Shown: positions 40,439-52,118, counted from the first letter of the stretch. The stretch is 64,000 nucleotides of DNA from Prevotella sp. (GCA_045600325.1 JAZRXS010000086.1:16-64015), one strand, 5' to 3'. The notes: generated by a model from the letters alone, not told the origin. Made by a program: numbers and translations.

Positions 40439-42487
40439 ATGGCAAATAAACAAAATAACCCTACAAACTCCAACAACCCGAAGAAACCGAAGTTCAGCAT
40501 GAACTGGTTCTACTTCATCGTCATGGCGGTGTTGTTGGGCGCATACATGTTCGGCGGCGAGAAGACTACAGATTCAAGTATCTCGAAAGACGCCTCTTAC
40601 ACGGAGTTCCAGGCTTACGTGAAGAAAGGCTATGTGCAAAACATTATAATAAATAATGTGGAGCACGAGATAGAACTGGAGATAAAGCCGGAACATATAC
40701 GCGAGATTTTCAAGCAGCCAGCAAAGCAAACGGGAAAGACTCCCCATCTTGTAGTGCAATATGGCAGCGCTGAGAAAGTGGAAAGCTTCATTGACGAGCA
40801 GCGTGCGGCAAAGACTTACATGGGACCTGTCAGCTATGACAATAAGCAGCATAGCGGTTGGTGGGACGTACTCATAAGCTTCGGCCCGATTCTTCTGCTC
40901 GTGCTCTTCTGGGTGTTCATGTTCCGTGGCGTAGGCGGCGGTGGCATGGGCGGCGGCATCTTTGGCGTAGGCAAGAGCAAAGCCAAGGTTTACGAGAAGG
41001 GCGAAGGTACTTCCGTGACTTTCAAGGATGTAGCCGGTCAGGAAGGTGCCAAGCAGGAAGTGCAGGAAATCGTGGAATTCCTCAAGAATCCTAACAAGTT
41101 CACGGAGCTTGGCGGTAAGATTCCGAAGGGTGCGCTCCTTGTTGGTCCTCCGGGAACCGGTAAGACTTTGCTTGCAAAGGCTGTTGCCGGCGAGGCAGGT
41201 GTGCCGTTCCTTTCGCTCAGCGGCTCTGATTTTGTAGAAATGTTCGTGGGCGTGGGCGCGTCACGCGTAAGGGATTTGTTCCGTCAGGCTAAGGAAAAGG
41301 CGCCTTGTATCATCTTCATCGACGAGATTGATGCCGTTGGCCGCTCTCGTTCAAAGAATCCAAACATGGGCGGAAACGATGAGCGTGAGAACACTTTGAA
41401 CGCACTCCTCACAGAGATGGACGGCTTCGGAACAAACTCAGGCGTTATCGTTCTTGCCGCTACAAACCGTGCGGACATGCTCGACTCTGCCTTGCTTCGT
41501 GCAGGACGTTTCGACCGTCAGATAAATGTTGACCTCCCTAACCTCAACGAGCGCAAGGCAATCTTTGGTGTTCACCTCAAGCCGCTGAAGCTTGATGAGA
41601 GTGTTGACTCTACATATCTCGCACGCCAGACACCGGGATTCTCTGGTGCTGACATTGCAAATGTATGTAACGAGGCTGCCCTTATCGCTGCTCGCAACAA
41701 TCACGAGAAGGTCATAGCGCAGGACTTCCTTGATGCCGTTGACCGTATCATCGGTGGCTTGGAGAAGAAAACGAAGGTGATGACCAACGCAGAGAAGCGC
41801 ACAATAGCCCTTCATGAGGCTGGTCACGCAACGATTTCTTGGTTCCTTGAGTTCGCAAATCCATTGGTGAAGGTGAGCATCGTGCCTCGTGGTCGTGCTC
41901 TTGGTGCTGCTTGGTATATGCCAGAGGAGCGCCAGATAACCACTAAGGAGGCGATGCTCGACGAGATGTGCTCACTTCTTGGCGGTCGTGCTGCGGAGGA
42001 ACTATTCGTCGGACAGATTTCTTCCGGTGCGATGAACGACCTTGAGCGTTCCACAAAGCAGGCGTACTCGATGATAGCTTACATGGGTATGGGCGACAAA
42101 CTCCCTAACCTCTGCTACTATAATAATTACGAATATCAGTTCTCTAAGCCATATTCCGAAAGCACTGCAAAGCTCATCGATGAGGAAGTTCTCAAGATGG
42201 TCAATGATCAGTATGCTCGTGCAAAGCAGGTGCTTATGGAACATAAGGAAGGTCACAACAAGTTGGCTGACGTTCTTATGGAGCGTGAGGTCATCATGGC
42301 TGAGGATGTTGAGCAGATTTTCGGCCCTCGTCCGTTCGTAAGCCGTTCTCAGGAGATCATGGCTGCTGAGGAAGAGGCTCGCAAGGCAGAGGAGGAAGAA
42401 GAGGCTCGCCGCAAGGAGATAGCCGAAAAGATGGCTGCCGAGCGCTTCCCTGACGTGCAACCTGAAAACGAAGAAGGCAAAGCTTGA
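40439..42487 (+). CDS. ftsH: ATP-dependent zinc metalloprotease FtsH
   Basis: [26 protein letters not shown]. Confidence 0.97.
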   Translation: MANKQNNPTNSNNPKKPKFSMNWFYFIVMAVLLGAYMFGGEKTTDSSISKDASYTEFQAYVKKGYVQNIIINNVEHEIELEIKPEHIREIFKQPAKQTGKTPHLVVQYGSAEKVESFIDEQRAAKTYMGPVSYDNKQHSGWWDVLISFGPILLLVLFWVFMFRGVGGGGMGGGIFGVGKSKAKVYEKGEGTSVTFKDVAGQEGAKQEVQEIVEFLKNPNKFTELGGKIPKGALLVGPPGTGKTLLAKAVAGEAGVPFLSLSGSDFVEMFVGVGASRVRDLFRQAKEKAPCIIFIDEIDAVGRSRSKNPNMGGNDERENTLNALLTEMDGFGTNSGVIVLAATNRADMLDSALLRAGRFDRQINVDLPNLNERKAIFGVHLKPLKLDESVDSTYLARQTPGFSGADIANVCNEAALIAARNNHEKVIAQDFLDAVDRIIGGLEKKTKVMTNAEKRTIALHEAGHATISWFLEFANPLVKVSIVPRGRALGAAWYMPEERQITTKEAMLDEMCSLLGGRAAEELFVGQISSGAMNDLERSTKQAYSMIAYMGMGDKLPNLCYYNNYEYQFSKPYSESTAKLIDEEVLKMVNDQYARAKQVLMEHKEGHNKLADVLMEREVIMAEDVEQIFGPRPFVSRSQEIMAAEEEARKAEEEEEARRKEIAEKMAAERFPDVQPENEEGKA

Positions 42488-42488
42488 T

Positions 42489-42560
42489 CCGAACCCTCGA
42501 AAAATCGAAGAGCCGATAATCCGAAATCTCGATAATTCGAAACCTCGAAGAATAGATAAA
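42489..42560 (+). repeat. (YCGA-N4)x9 octamer-period array
   Basis: CCGAACCC TCGAAAAA TCGAAGAG CCGATAAT...; second array at 43497-43536. Confidence 0.75.
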
Positions 42561-42575
42561 TCATAAAATCATCAA

Positions 42576-43493
42576 ATGAACAATTTCATAGTACGCAGCA
42601 TAACAGGCATTCTGTTTGTGGCTGCCGTCGTTTGCAGTTTCCTGGACTCCATTGCCATGGTGGCGTTGTTTATGCTTGTCACGGCACTAACGGTGCATGA
42701 ATTCTGCAAGCTTATAAATGAAAATGTTGAGAAAGTGCATGTGAACACCTTCATCTGTACTATTGCGGGAACTTATTTCTTCCTTGCAATGGCAGGCTAC
42801 TGCAGCAATATGACAAGTTCTGCTGGCGTGTTCATCCCTTATCTCATCACGATAATCTATCTGCTTATCTCGGAACTCTATCTGAAAGCAGAGAACCCGA
42901 TAGCCAACTGGGCATACACAATGATGTCGCAGATGTATGTGGCATTGCCTTTCTCCATGATCAACGTGCTTGCTTTCCAGCAGGTGCAGGGTGGGGGAGA
43001 AGGTGCTGAAGACTTGCTCGGTGTGCCTGTAGGCGTAGGATTCTGTGCTCTTCCGCTTGTCGTTTTCATCTTCCTTTGGGTGAACGATTCGGGTGCTTAT
43101 CTCTCGGGTTCGCTCTTTGGCAAGCATAAGTTGTTCCCAAGAGTAAGCCCTGGCAAGAGTTGGGAAGGCAGCATAGGTGGTGGAATACAAGTGCTTCTCG
43201 TGGCTACACTGATGTGGTATCTGTCTAATCAGACGTTTGATACGGAGGCTTGCAAATTAGCAACCATGTTCGATTATCAGCTTTCCTTGCCGGAATGGCT
43301 CGGCATGGGCTTGGTAGTAGTGCTTTTCGGCACATGGGGCGACCTTGTGGAGAGCCTTCTCAAGCGCACTATCGGCGTGAAGGACAGCGGAAACATCCTT
43401 CCAGGTCACGGCGGTATGCTCGATCGCTTCGACTCATCAATGCTCGCAATGCCAGCGGTAGTGGTGTATCTATTTACGCTGCAGATGATATAA
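42576..43493 (+). CDS. cdsA: Phosphatidate cytidylyltransferase
   Basis: SPGKSWEG, GDLVES.LKR..GVKDSG.ILPGHGG.LDRFD. Confidence 0.95.
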   Translation: MNNFIVRSITGILFVAAVVCSFLDSIAMVALFMLVTALTVHEFCKLINENVEKVHVNTFICTIAGTYFFLAMAGYCSNMTSSAGVFIPYLITIIYLLISELYLKAENPIANWAYTMMSQMYVALPFSMINVLAFQQVQGGGEGAEDLLGVPVGVGFCALPLVVFIFLWVNDSGAYLSGSLFGKHKLFPRVSPGKSWEGSIGGGIQVLLVATLMWYLSNQTFDTEACKLATMFDYQLSLPEWLGMGLVVVLFGTWGDLVESLLKRTIGVKDSGNILPGHGGMLDRFDSSMLAMPAVVVYLFTLQMI

Positions 43494-43549
43494 TTCCCGA
43501 ATTATCGAGACTTCGATTCTTCGAATAGTCGATAGTAAAATAACAAAAA

Positions 43550-44539
43550 ATGAAACGAATATTCTCCCTTTTCTTCTTGGCAACTCTGCTCGTAAACTGC
43601 ACTGCAGATGCTCAGAAAGCTGATAAAGTTACTGTAGAAGGCTATGTCGGCGAGAAGTCAACAATGGTCTATCTCGTCAATGCAGAAACTTTCAATGACC
43701 TTATTGATAGCGTAGCTGTTACAAACGGCAAGTTCAAAACTACGCTTCCAGCAAAAGACAACTGCCTCGTTTTCCTTTCTGCCAACGGCGGCTACCAGCA
43801 GTTCTTTTGTGCTGAAGGCGAGAAGGTTAGCGTAGATGCAGTAAACGATGTCATCGAGGGCACTGGACTTAACGCAAAGTGGGGCAAGTTCAATGCCGAC
43901 ATGAAGACTGAAGGCAATGATGCCAAGAAACTTTTTGTTGACTTCTGTAAGGAAAACAAGGACAACATGCTTCCTGTAGCAGCAATTGTGATCCATCAGG
44001 AGCTGATGCAGTGGGATGCCGTTTGTGAGATTATGGAAGCGTGTGAAGGCAAGGCGTTCGTGAATAATCCTTATGTGGGATCGTTTCTTATGATGGCTCA
44101 GGCGCAACAAGCCCGTGCTGTCGGTACTCCGCTCAAGGATATTGCCATTCCTGATGCCAATGGCAAGCAGCATAAACTCTCTGAATACGTGGGCAAGGGC
44201 AAGTATGTGCTCGTTGACTTTTGGGCTTCATGGTGCGGACCTTGCTGCCGAGAAATGCCGAATGTAGTGGAAGCATACAAGAAATACAAGTCGAAGGGCT
44301 TTGAGATTGTAGGCGTTTCGCTCGACCAGAAGAAGGAACCTTGGCTGGCTGCTGTGGAAAGAATGAACATGACATGGCCACAGCTTTCTGACCTCAAGGG
44401 CTGGAAGTGTGAAGCCGCTGCGCTTTATGGCGTACAAGCTATCCCTTCAAACGTACTTTTCGATAAGGACGGCAAGATTATCGCTACAGATTTGACCGGA
44501 GCAAGGCTACAACAAAAGCTTGCAGAACTATTTAAATAA
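43550..44539 (+). CDS. TlpA/AhpC-TSA thioredoxin-like protein
   Basis: DFWASWCGPC, SLDQ, QLSDLKGW. Confidence 0.9.
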   Translation: MKRIFSLFFLATLLVNCTADAQKADKVTVEGYVGEKSTMVYLVNAETFNDLIDSVAVTNGKFKTTLPAKDNCLVFLSANGGYQQFFCAEGEKVSVDAVNDVIEGTGLNAKWGKFNADMKTEGNDAKKLFVDFCKENKDNMLPVAAIVIHQELMQWDAVCEIMEACEGKAFVNNPYVGSFLMMAQAQQARAVGTPLKDIAIPDANGKQHKLSEYVGKGKYVLVDFWASWCGPCCREMPNVVEAYKKYKSKGFEIVGVSLDQKKEPWLAAVERMNMTWPQLSDLKGWKCEAAALYGVQAIPSNVLFDKDGKIIATDLTGARLQQKLAELFK

Positions 44540-44546
44540 TAAACAG

Positions 44547-44575
44547 AAAAAGCCACCTCAACGGGTGGCTTTTTT
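44547..44575 (+). terminator. Intrinsic terminator
   Basis: AAAAAGCCACC-TCAACG-GGTGGCTTTTTT. Confidence 0.75.
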
Positions 44576-44790
44576 AGTGAAAACTGGGCGTGGTTGGTGT
44601 TGATGAAAATTGACGAAATGTTAAAAATAACGAAGGTAAAGATAGAATATCATTAAAAAAATCGTTAAAAAGATAAATTTTTGTTAATTTTGCCCCCGAA
44701 ATTGTGTCTTTATGCCCTTGCGTGTATGCGTGCGAATGCGTATGTAACAATGGATATTCAGGCAAAATTGAAAAAATAAAACAATCAAAT

Positions 44791-47700
44791 ATGTTCAAAA
44801 AGTTCTTATTTACTGTAATCACAGCCTTGCTGTTCTGCACCGTAGATTCGATGGCGCAGGCGGTGAAAGGTACTGTGGTTGACGAGTCGGGAGAACCTGT
44901 CATTGGTGCTTCCGTGATGATTAAGGGAACTAATCAGGGTATTGCCACTGACATTGACGGTAACTTCTCGCTGAACAATGCTGAGGGCAAGCAGATTGAA
45001 ATCTCTTACATCGGTTATGACAAAGTGACTGTTAAGGCAAAGAATGGAATGAAAGTCCAGTTGAAGCCTAACGCTACTTCACTTGACGAAGTGGTGGTCA
45101 CTGGTATGCAGAAGATGGACAAGCGCCTCTTTACGGGTGCTACCACCAAGGTTGATGCTTCCAAGGCAAAGCTTGATGGTGTGGCCGACATCTCACGTTC
45201 CCTTGAAGGTCGTGCTGCCGGCGTGTCTGTCCAGAACGTGTCTGGTACTTTCGGTACTGCACCAAAGATTCGTGTGCGTGGTGCAACTTCCATCTATGGT
45301 TCTTCAAAGCCTCTCTGGGTTGTTGATGGTGTGATCATGGAAGATGTTACGGAAGTTGATGCTGATGCACTTTCTTCAGGTGACGCTGCAACACTTATCT
45401 CAAGTGCCATCGCAGGTCTCAACGCCGATGACATTGAAAGCTTCCAAATCCTCAAGGATGGTTCTGCCACTTCTATCTACGGTGCTCGTGCCATGTCAGG
45501 TGTGATCGTTGTTACTACAAAGCGTGGTAAGGCTGGTACTACAAAGATCAGCTATACTGGTGAGTACTCAATGCGCTTCAAGCCAAGCTACAAAAACTTC
45601 AACATCATGAACTCTCAGGAGCAGATGTCTGTATATCGCGAGATGTATAAGAACGGCTATTTCTCTTTCATGAGCTCATATCGTGCTTCAAGCAGTGGTG
45701 TGTTCGGTAAGATGTACCACCTCATGAACGATTATGATCCAGAGACTGGCCAGTTCGGACTTCCTAACACTCCAGAGGCTATGACCGAATATCTCCGTGC
45801 TGCTGAGTACAGAAACACTGACTGGTTTGACGAACTCTTCTCAACTGCTGTTTCTCACAACCACTCTGTTTCATTGAGCTCTGGTACAGATAAGGCTCAG
45901 TACTACACTTCTTTCAGCTTCATGGACGATCCAGGATGGACTGAGATGAGTAAGGTGCAGCGTCTCACTGCCAACATCAATGCTATGTACAACATCTCAA
46001 AGAAGGTTTCCTTGAACCTCATCGCCAACACAAGTTACCGTAACCAGAAAGCTCCTGGTACAACAAACCAGACTGTTGACGTGGTGAACGGTTCCGTTAG
46101 CCGTGACTTTGACATCAACCCTTATTCATATGCATTGAACACTTCACGTACTCTCGACCCTAATGAATATTATGTACGCAACTATGCGCCATTCAATATT
46201 CACCATGAGTTGAAGAACAACAACATGAACTTCGATGTCATCGACCTCCGTTTCCAGGGTGAACTCTCATACAAGCCTATCAAGACTCTCGAACTCAAGG
46301 TGCTCGGTGCTTACAAGGTTTCTACTACCACTCAGGCTCACAGCATCACAGAGCACTCTAACCAGGCTCAGGCATTCCGCATGATGGACGATGCTACAAT
46401 GCGCGACAACAACATGTGGCTCTACAAGGATCCGGATAACGCAAACTCTCTTCCAGAGATTGTACTCCCTGAAGGTGGTTTCTACCGCGAGACAAAATAC
46501 AACATGAAGAGCTGGGACTTCCGTGCTACTGCCGGTTACAACGACGCTTTCAACGATACTCACATCGTTAATGTATATGGTGGTGTTGAGGTAAACAATA
46601 CAGATCGTAGCCGTTCTTACTTCAACGGTATCGGTATGATGTTCGACATGGGACTCCTCGGTAGCTATGACTACCACTTCTTCAAGCAGGCTTCTGAAGA
46701 GAACTCTATCTACTACTCTCTCAACAACGGCTACAACCGTGAGGCTTCTTTCTTCGGAACTGCTACATATTCTTATATGGGTCGCTACACTATCAACGGT
46801 ACTATGCGTTATGAAGGTAGCAACCGCCTCGGCAAGAGCCGCAAGGCACGCTGGCTCCCTACATGGAACGTGTCTGGTGCATGGAACATCCACGAGGAAC
46901 CTTGGTTCAAGAACCAGACTGTTCTCTCACATGCAACACTTAATGGTGGTTACTCTCTTACTGGTGACAAGCCTGCTGTTACAAACTCTCAGGTTATCAT
47001 CGAGAGCTACAACCCATGGCGTCCATTCACAAGCGACAAGGAGTCTGGTCTTGCTATCTCACAATTCGCAAACCCTGACCTTACATACGAGAAGAAGCAT
47101 GAGATCACTGTCGGTTTGAACCTCGGCTTCCTCCAGAACCGCATCAACGTGGAACTCGGTTGGTACAAGCGTAACAACTACGACCTTATCGGTCCTAAGC
47201 GTACAACTGGTACTGACGGTGTCATCACAAAGTATCTCAATGTGGCAAGCATGAAGTCTTCAGGTGAGGAAGTAACTATCTCTACTCGCAACATCGTGAA
47301 GCCAACTTTCAGCTGGACAACAGACTTCATCTTCTCTCATAACAAGAGTAAGGTTGTCTCACTTGATGCCCGTAACCGTGTAATCGACCTCGTTGCAGGT
47401 AATGGCTTCACTATGGAGGGCTATCCTTACCGTTCACTCTTCTCTCTCGACTTCCAGGGACTCAACAATCAGGGTCTGCCTACTTTCATTAATGAAGAAG
47501 GCGAGACGGTCGTCAGCAACCTCGACTTCCAGTCATATTGCACTGATTACCTTATCTACGAAGGTCCAACAGATCCAACAATCACAGGTTCTTTGGGTAA
47601 CATCATCAACTACAAGAACTGGCACCTCAATGTGTTCATCACTTATTCTGGTGGTAATGTTGTTCGCCTTGACCCTTCTTTCGCTGTTGGTTACTCTGAC

Positions 47701-48090
47701 CTCACAGCTATGCCACGCGAGTTCATCAACCGTTGGACAGTAGCAGGCGATGAGAACTTCACAACAATTCCTGCCATTGCCGACCAGCGTCAGCGTCAGA
47801 ACAACTCTTATCTCGCTCGTTCATACAATGCTTTCAACATGTCAACAGAGCGTACTGCCAAGGGTGACTTCATCCGTATGAAGGAAATCTCTCTCGCTTA
47901 CGACTTCCCTGGTTCTTGGACAAACGCGCTCCGTATATCTAACGCAAGCATCAAGTTGCAGGTTACAAACCCATTCCTCATCTATTCTGACAAGAAACTC
48001 TGTGGACAGGATCCAGAGTTTACTAACTCAGGTGGTGTAGCCGTGCCAATGGCTAAGCAGATGACTGCAACTTTGAGAATTGGTATTTAA
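44791..48090 (+). CDS. SusC/RagA TonB-dependent transporter
   Basis: GEPVIGASV, LDEVVVTG, PLWVVDG, ILKDGSATSIYGARA; TAATTTTG at 44685. Confidence 0.95.
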   Translation: MFKKFLFTVITALLFCTVDSMAQAVKGTVVDESGEPVIGASVMIKGTNQGIATDIDGNFSLNNAEGKQIEISYIGYDKVTVKAKNGMKVQLKPNATSLDEVVVTGMQKMDKRLFTGATTKVDASKAKLDGVADISRSLEGRAAGVSVQNVSGTFGTAPKIRVRGATSIYGSSKPLWVVDGVIMEDVTEVDADALSSGDAATLISSAIAGLNADDIESFQILKDGSATSIYGARAMSGVIVVTTKRGKAGTTKISYTGEYSMRFKPSYKNFNIMNSQEQMSVYREMYKNGYFSFMSSYRASSSGVFGKMYHLMNDYDPETGQFGLPNTPEAMTEYLRAAEYRNTDWFDELFSTAVSHNHSVSLSSGTDKAQYYTSFSFMDDPGWTEMSKVQRLTANINAMYNISKKVSLNLIANTSYRNQKAPGTTNQTVDVVNGSVSRDFDINPYSYALNTSRTLDPNEYYVRNYAPFNIHHELKNNNMNFDVIDLRFQGELSYKPIKTLELKVLGAYKVSTTTQAHSITEHSNQAQAFRMMDDATMRDNNMWLYKDPDNANSLPEIVLPEGGFYRETKYNMKSWDFRATAGYNDAFNDTHIVNVYGGVEVNNTDRSRSYFNGIGMMFDMGLLGSYDYHFFKQASEENSIYYSLNNGYNREASFFGTATYSYMGRYTINGTMRYEGSNRLGKSRKARWLPTWNVSGAWNIHEEPWFKNQTVLSHATLNGGYSLTGDKPAVTNSQVIIESYNPWRPFTSDKESGLAISQFANPDLTYEKKHEITVGLNLGFLQNRINVELGWYKRNNYDLIGPKRTTGTDGVITKYLNVASMKSSGEEVTISTRNIVKPTFSWTTDFIFSHNKSKVVSLDARNRVIDLVAGNGFTMEGYPYRSLFSLDFQGLNNQGLPTFINEEGETVVSNLDFQSYCTDYLIYEGPTDPTITGSLGNIINYKNWHLNVFITYSGGNVVRLDPSFAVGYSDLTAMPREFINRWTVAGDENFTTIPAIADQRQRQNNSYLARSYNAFNMSTERTAKGDFIRMKEISLAYDFPGSWTNALRISNASIKLQVTNPFLIYSDKKLCGQDPEFTNSGGVAVPMAKQMTATLRIGI

Positions 48091-48114
48091 TTAATGTATA
48101 AAGAAAAAAGAACA

Positions 48115-49683
48115 ATGAAGAAATATCTTTCTATAATAGCTTGCGCAACACTCGCTCTCGCTTCGTGCGATAGCTACCTTGACAAGCTTCCGGATGACCG
48201 TGCGGAAGTGAATACTGAGGAGAAGGTAAAGAGCTTCCTCGTATCCGCTTATCCTACGATTATCAACAATGTTATTATGGAGACAAGTTCTGACAACGTT
48301 TCAGACTATGGTCGCCAATATGACACTTCCGACCTCAAGGACGAGGCTTACCGTTTCAAGGATATCACGGATACGAGTAATGACTCTCCACGTCATTTGT
48401 GGAATGGCTACTATGAGGCTATTGCAACAGCCAACCAGGCAATTGCTTCTATCGAAGAGATGGGCAATCCTAAGAGCCTTGCACCACAGATGGCTGAGGC
48501 AAAGCTTTGCCGTGCATACTCTATGTTCATGCTTTCCAACACATTCTGCATGGCATACGACCCACAGAAGGCTGACCAGTATGCCGGTCTTCCTTATCCA
48601 AAGGAGCCGGGACTTGTTCTTAATGAACGTGGCACATTGGCAGAACTTTATGCAGATATCGACAAGGATATCGAGGATGCACTCCCATACGTGACTGACA
48701 ACTATGCAGTTCCTAAGTATCACTTCAACACAAGAGCTGCATACGCATTTGCCGCTCGCTTCAATCTCTACTATCATCAGTATGAGAAGTGTGTGAAGTA
48801 TGCTTCCACAGCCCTTGGTAGCGTGCCTTCTTCTGTTATGCGTGACTATACCCAGTACCTTCAGTTTGGTGTTGATGATATTGGCAACAAGTATGTTAGT
48901 GCATCGGATGCGTCAAACTTCCTTCTCATTCCTGCCTACTCAATAACTTGGCGTGCGTTGATGGTTGGTGCTTGGCCACGTTACCAGCATAACTACAATA
49001 TGACTAATTACGAGACTTATTGGGTTGAAGGTCCTTGGGGAGTTGGTTCTTCTGCCAATACTCTCTACTACGCTACAATGCTTTACGGTAGCAACCCTGC
49101 TGTACAGTTCCCTAAGATCAATGAGTTCTTTGAATATACTGACAAGGTTGGTGGTACTGGTTATGTGCATACTGTGCAGACTGCGTTCACTGGCGATGAG
49201 ACCCTTCTCTGCCGTGCTGAGGCATACGCACTTCTCAAGCAGTACGACAACTGCGTTGCTGACCTCAATATCTGGATAAACTCTCACTGTGCTGAAGAGA
49301 AGGATGGTACAAAGCGTCCAGTGCTTACTGTTGATAATATCAATAAGTTCATTGAAAGCATTGAATACGCTCCTGTAACTCCAGAAAGCAACCGTGACCG
49401 TACACTCCGTAAGGTGCTCAATCCACAGGGCTTTACTGTAGAAGTAGGCACTCAGGAAAATCTCATTGAAATGCTTCTTCACATGCGTCGCCTTGAGACA
49501 ATGTTCGAAGGTCTTCGTTTCATGGACATCAAGCGTTACGGTATCGAGTATGCACACGTTGTTTCTGGTGAAGACCCAGTAGTCTTTACTGCCGGTGACC
49601 TTCGCGGTGCGCTCCAGATTCCTGGTGATGTTGTCAATGCAGGCCTTGCTGCTAACCCACGTGAGGTAGTGGCTTCGAAATAA
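48115..49683 (+). CDS. SusD/RagB lipoprotein
   Basis: Lipobox LASC, YLDKLPD, RAYSMF, LCRAEA, RRLE..EGLRF.DIKR. Confidence 0.92.
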   Translation: MKKYLSIIACATLALASCDSYLDKLPDDRAEVNTEEKVKSFLVSAYPTIINNVIMETSSDNVSDYGRQYDTSDLKDEAYRFKDITDTSNDSPRHLWNGYYEAIATANQAIASIEEMGNPKSLAPQMAEAKLCRAYSMFMLSNTFCMAYDPQKADQYAGLPYPKEPGLVLNERGTLAELYADIDKDIEDALPYVTDNYAVPKYHFNTRAAYAFAARFNLYYHQYEKCVKYASTALGSVPSSVMRDYTQYLQFGVDDIGNKYVSASDASNFLLIPAYSITWRALMVGAWPRYQHNYNMTNYETYWVEGPWGVGSSANTLYYATMLYGSNPAVQFPKINEFFEYTDKVGGTGYVHTVQTAFTGDETLLCRAEAYALLKQYDNCVADLNIWINSHCAEEKDGTKRPVLTVDNINKFIESIEYAPVTPESNRDRTLRKVLNPQGFTVEVGTQENLIEMLLHMRRLETMFEGLRFMDIKRYGIEYAHVVSGEDPVVFTAGDLRGALQIPGDVVNAGLAANPREVVASK

Positions 49684-49721
49684 GTAACAAGATTCTTAAC
49701 TACAAAAATAGTAAGATATAT

Positions 49722-50657
49722 ATGAAAATCAAGTTTTTAAGTGCAGTAGCTATCGGCCTTGCTTCTCTTGCTTTCACATCATGTAGCGAGGAAACGCTGT
49801 CTGACACAAGTGTTATTCCTGATGGTAGCTTTGGCCAGACTGCCGAGAATGACAGCGAATTCGACAAATGGATAAAGGACAACTATACAACTCCTTACAA
49901 CATTCGTCTTCAGTATCGCTATTTGGATAAGGAAACCGACCTTACATATAATGTTGTACCTGCCAAGATACCACAGGCAAAGGCTTTGGCTAAGCTCGTT
50001 AAGCACATCTGGCTTGGCACATATGAGGAAGCCATCGGTCAGGACTTCATCAAGACCTATACTCCACGAGTAATCCAGCTCATCGGCTCATACGAGTGGA
50101 ACTCAAACGGCTCTCAGGTGATGGGTACAGCCGAGGGAGGTCTTAAGATCATGCTTTATGGAGTAAACTTCCTTGACATCAACAACCCTCGTATCAATTC
50201 AGACAACCCTTACGAGTCAAAGTCAAGCATTCCTCTTGACCTCAACTACTGGTTCTTCCATACAATGCACCACGAGTTCTGTCACATCCTTACACAAACT
50301 AAGGACTATCCTACAGACTTCCGCACTATCTCTGCCGGCAATTATCATGCTACAGACTGGATTAACGTGAAGGATGAGAACGCTCCAAAGGAAGGTTTCG
50401 TTACAGGTTATGCTTCTGGTGAGTACAATGAAGACTTTGCTGAGCTATATGCAAACTACGTAACACTTTCAGAAGCTGGTTGGCAGAAGATTCTTGACAA
50501 GGCAGATGATGAAGGCAAGGCTATCATCAATCAGAAGCTTGCCATTGTCAAGGAGTACTTCTTGAACAGCTGGGGTGTTGACCTTGATACACTTCGCTCT
50601 ATCGTACTTCGTCGTTCGCAGGAAGCTGTCAAGATGGATTTGCACACTTTGGATTAA
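49722..50657 (+). CDS. Putative zinc-binding metallopeptidase lipoprotein
   Basis: Lipobox FTSC, GTAEGG, HTMHHEFCH, EDFAE. Confidence 0.85.
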   Translation: MKIKFLSAVAIGLASLAFTSCSEETLSDTSVIPDGSFGQTAENDSEFDKWIKDNYTTPYNIRLQYRYLDKETDLTYNVVPAKIPQAKALAKLVKHIWLGTYEEAIGQDFIKTYTPRVIQLIGSYEWNSNGSQVMGTAEGGLKIMLYGVNFLDINNPRINSDNPYESKSSIPLDLNYWFFHTMHHEFCHILTQTKDYPTDFRTISAGNYHATDWINVKDENAPKEGFVTGYASGEYNEDFAELYANYVTLSEAGWQKILDKADDEGKAIINQKLAIVKEYFLNSWGVDLDTLRSIVLRRSQEAVKMDLHTLD

Positions 50658-50692
50658 TGTAGGAGTAACAAACAAGAAAAAAGTAAATTGAA

Positions 50693-52042
50693 ATGAAAAA
50701 ATTATATTATATATTCTCACTTCTTCTTGCAATGGCATTCTCTGCTTGTTCTCCAGACATGGATGAAGTGTTCGACAAGGGAGCTTCAGAACGTGCGGAA
50801 GAAGCTATGCGCAACCTCAAGGAAGTGCTCGTCTCTAATCCTAATGGATGGAGAATGGAATACTATGGTGACATCAACTATGGAGGTTACAACGTGTTCT
50901 GTGCCTTCACAAACGACAGTGTTACTGTAGCAAGTGAGAAGGTTGGCAATACTCAGCCAGCAGGTGTTGATGCTAACGGAAAGCTTATTCGTTGCACATC
51001 ACATTACACTATCGATCAGAGTCAGGGCGTTATTCTCTCTTTTGACGAGTATAACGAAATCTTCCACTACTTTGCTGAACCAAAGAATGCCGATTATGGC
51101 GACTCAGGTGAAGGCTTCGGTGGCGACTTTGATTTCCGCGTAGTTTCAGCTTCTGCCGACTCAATCGTGATGACTGGCAAGAAGAATCAGGCTCGTATTC
51201 GCATGTATCCTATGAGCCAGTCATGGGAAGAATATCAGAAGGTGGTTGACGAGACAGAAAATTTCATGTCATCTCGTTCTTATACACTTCAGGTAGAAGG
51301 TTCTTCACGCGAGATCAATGTGACAACAAACTATCGTTGCCTCTTCTTCACATATTATGATGATGAAGGAAACAAGCAGTCAATAGGTGCTCCTTATATC
51401 GTTACAGAAGAAGGTTACAACTTCTATCGTCCAACAAAGGTTGATGGTATCCAGATTACTGGTGTAGAGAAGGGTGCAACAGATGAGTTCTTCTATCTCA
51501 AGGACGACCACAATGCACGTCTTTTAACATACGTACCTACTTACGCAGAGTCGCTTGAGACAGGTATGTGGTTCATCAAGTATGAAGATCTCGGCGCATT
51601 TGCACAGCCTGCTTGGGATGCTATGCGCGAGTCTCTTAAGACTGCTGGCCCTGGCAAGACGCCAAGCCGTTTGTTCTGGTCGCTTATCGGAACATACGGA
51701 AACAAGATTGGTTTCCACATGCAGGCAGGTCAAGACTACTGCTTCTATGGCATAAAGTTTGCTGTTTCAAACGCAGAAGGCGATGAGGTTAAGCTCACTA
51801 ACTACTCTACAACAGCAAACAAGGCGGGTAAGGACTTCTACTCAAAGTATGGCATGAAGGACGCTCTTGCTGTATTTACTAACACGACAAAGGGTCGTAC
51901 TTTCAAGATTACAGCTGACAACCAGCGTAAGCCTTCTTACCTTCTCCTTACTGATAAGGATGAACCTACAAATGTTATCAAGCTTTGGGCAAATGAAGTG
52001 ACATTCGTTTACGGTGAGCTTGACAACTACGACAAGCAGTAA
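50693..52042 (+). CDS. DUF4302-type lipoprotein
   Basis: Lipobox FSAC, LVSNPNGW, LSFDEYN..HYF, GDFDF; typical position after the peptidase. Confidence 0.75.
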   Translation: MKKLYYIFSLLLAMAFSACSPDMDEVFDKGASERAEEAMRNLKEVLVSNPNGWRMEYYGDINYGGYNVFCAFTNDSVTVASEKVGNTQPAGVDANGKLIRCTSHYTIDQSQGVILSFDEYNEIFHYFAEPKNADYGDSGEGFGGDFDFRVVSASADSIVMTGKKNQARIRMYPMSQSWEEYQKVVDETENFMSSRSYTLQVEGSSREINVTTNYRCLFFTYYDDEGNKQSIGAPYIVTEEGYNFYRPTKVDGIQITGVEKGATDEFFYLKDDHNARLLTYVPTYAESLETGMWFIKYEDLGAFAQPAWDAMRESLKTAGPGKTPSRLFWSLIGTYGNKIGFHMQAGQDYCFYGIKFAVSNAEGDEVKLTNYSTTANKAGKDFYSKYGMKDALAVFTNTTKGRTFKITADNQRKPSYLLLTDKDEPTNVIKLWANEVTFVYGELDNYDKQ

Positions 52043-52114
52043 TAGCTTATTGCGACAAGCAGTAATAGCTTATTGCGACAAGCAATGATAGCTTATTACG
52101 ACAAATAGTAATAC
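52030..52114 (+). repeat. 23-bp tandem repeat (~3.6 copies) spanning the stop codon
   Basis: CGACAAGCAGTAATAGCTTATTG at 52030, 52053, 52076, 52099. Confidence 0.9.
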
Positions 52115-52118
52115 TTCG

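Noticed and set aside
52030..52114. Mini-CRISPR
   Set aside because: Head-to-tail tandem repeat without spacers
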